The position numbers were made by a program, and so were the translations under genes. Below, in pieces: positions 62,700 to 64,000 of a stretch of 64,000 nucleotides of DNA (position 1 is the first letter of the stretch; the number at the start of each line of letters is the position of its first letter). The stretch lies in contig CM074809.1 in NCBI GenBank assembly GCA_037447605.1, forward strand, positions 2,656,689-2,720,688. The letters run 5' to 3'. Under the pieces are notes generated by a model. The model did not search any database. It saw only the letters and a program-made list of their open reading frames with translations, and was not told the DNA's origin. Source of the stretch: Zygnema circumcarinatum SAG 698-1b. Its lineage: Eukaryota > Plantae > Zygnematophyceae.

Positions 62700-63576
62700 C
62701 GTAGTGCCTCCGCTGGGAAATGTTTTTGATGTTCTCTTACAAAAAGGTTGCAAGTCCAGCGAATATGTTGAATCTATGGTTCAACTCTGCATGACTATTG
62801 AAGAAGGTGAGAAATTTCTTACAACTGCAAAATGGTAATTCTGTGATTTTTGCACAATTTTCGTGATGCAAGTCTTTTTTAGTTCCAGAAACACGCATGA
62901 AATAGGAAGCTCAATTAACAGAGGCAAAAAGAAATAAACAATATGTGACCGCTGGCAATCTTAGTCAATGTGACAGGAATTCCGCCACTGAAATGCACTT
63001 ATTTTCATTGCAGGAAAAGAACAATGCGGAGACGTATTCATCTCCAGACTAAGTGCATTAGCTGTCTCTAAAGTTACCGATTTTTGAAGCTTCAACGTAC
63101 AATTATAGAAACCCTTTGCTGTCTTGTGACGCAGTCAATCAAGAATCAGCGAACTTTGCTAGCGAACATGAAGCAATGGTGAGTTGATGAAGTGTGAAAA
63201 GAATACGAGCCACGAGCCAAGAGCCTGCTCCATAGCTTGAAACACCTCCATTGCAGCTGGAGGAGCGGAAAACAAAGCAAGGCGAAAACCGACTCCAACG
63301 ACGACAGAGGAGGCTTTCACGAGTATGTTCATCATCTGAAGACTGCATTGTCAGCGCTGGACCTGAGGTTAAATTTTGGAATAATTTCTCTCGAAGTGGA
63401 CTAAAATTTTTGTATCGAACTTGCAGAGCTGTCAATACGGTGGCCAAGATGCTCAAGAAGCTCAAAGGAAAGGTGCAAGCCAAGACAAAACAGAAAACTT
63501 TGGACATTCTTCAAGAAACTGACAAGAGCACACGACATGAGATTGACACGGTTGAAACCGAGGTCACCAGAAATAT
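62700..63576 (+). CDS. Possible exons of an unidentified gene
   Basis: Exon-like segment 63427-63576 (TTGCAG| ... |GTAAGT; AVNTVAKMLKKLKGKVQAKTKQKTLDILQETD...) and an open stretch ~62700-62834 ending at GTAAT. No family recognised. Confidence 0.3.
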
Positions 63577-64000
63577 GTAAGTTTTTCTAATCGAGACAAA
63601 TGTTAAATTGGAATTCAAATCTAACCTGATCTCAAAATAGAAATCGAATCCACCCAGGTCCAGTCAGTATTAACTTAATCTTAACAATGTGTAAGTCTGC
63701 TTTTGGCTCGGATTCCCTTAAAGGTGGCTGTCTCTCAAATTTGTCAACAACAAGAGAAAACCAAAAATCTACCACTCGCTTTAACTTCTCTGCAAAGGTT
63801 TAGAAAGCTGCATCACGAGCCTGCTCGTTGGAAGTCATTCTGAAGAAATTGATGTTACTTACACGCCTTAACCTCAAATGTGTTTGACAGAGAAAAGTGT
63901 ATGTCTTTCGGGAAAAGGAAGACCAGAGAGATTGAAGAAAACCTGTGTGGTAAGTTGTTTCTCTCGAAACTTTCACATGCTTTATGATCCCTCGACGGTG

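Overview
Eukaryotic nuclear DNA with intron-rich genes. Protein content, mostly GT-AG introns, ~50% GC and very GC-rich promoter islands point to a streptophyte green alga such as Klebsormidium (inference, not proven). About 12 host genes were reconstructed by hand from splice signals and protein motifs: STK16-type kinase (partial), single-repeat MYB protein, DUF1499 plastid protein, UBC4/5-type E2, ILP1/GCFC2, Mpv17/PMP22 (partial), LEA-like protein, SNF2-RING helicase (CHR27/28/FRG-like), NOL12/RRP17, ZIF-like MFS transporter, GPR1/FUN34/YaaH acetate transporter and an orphan secreted 8-Cys protein. There is also an ARMC7 copy with an in-frame TAG. Intergenic DNA is full of nested transposons: a full-length 5.2 kb Copia element (LTRs, TSD, PBS and PPT identified) inserted inside a long-TIR foldback element, hAT-like and Tc1/pogo-like MITEs, other foldbacks, a non-LTR fragment and two tandem arrays. 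Best leads: a Copia gag whose start codon lies inside the LTR and reads through the PBS; a 7-copy dispersed hairpin plus B-box-like motif; an ABRE/RY-packed bidirectional promoter shared by LEA and Mpv17; CCGTACGG-marked GC islands; a bacterial-looking acetate permease with introns; and the orphan secreted Cys-rich protein. No rRNA, tRNA or CRISPR array is supported. All alignments and counts were made by eye, and no database searches were run.
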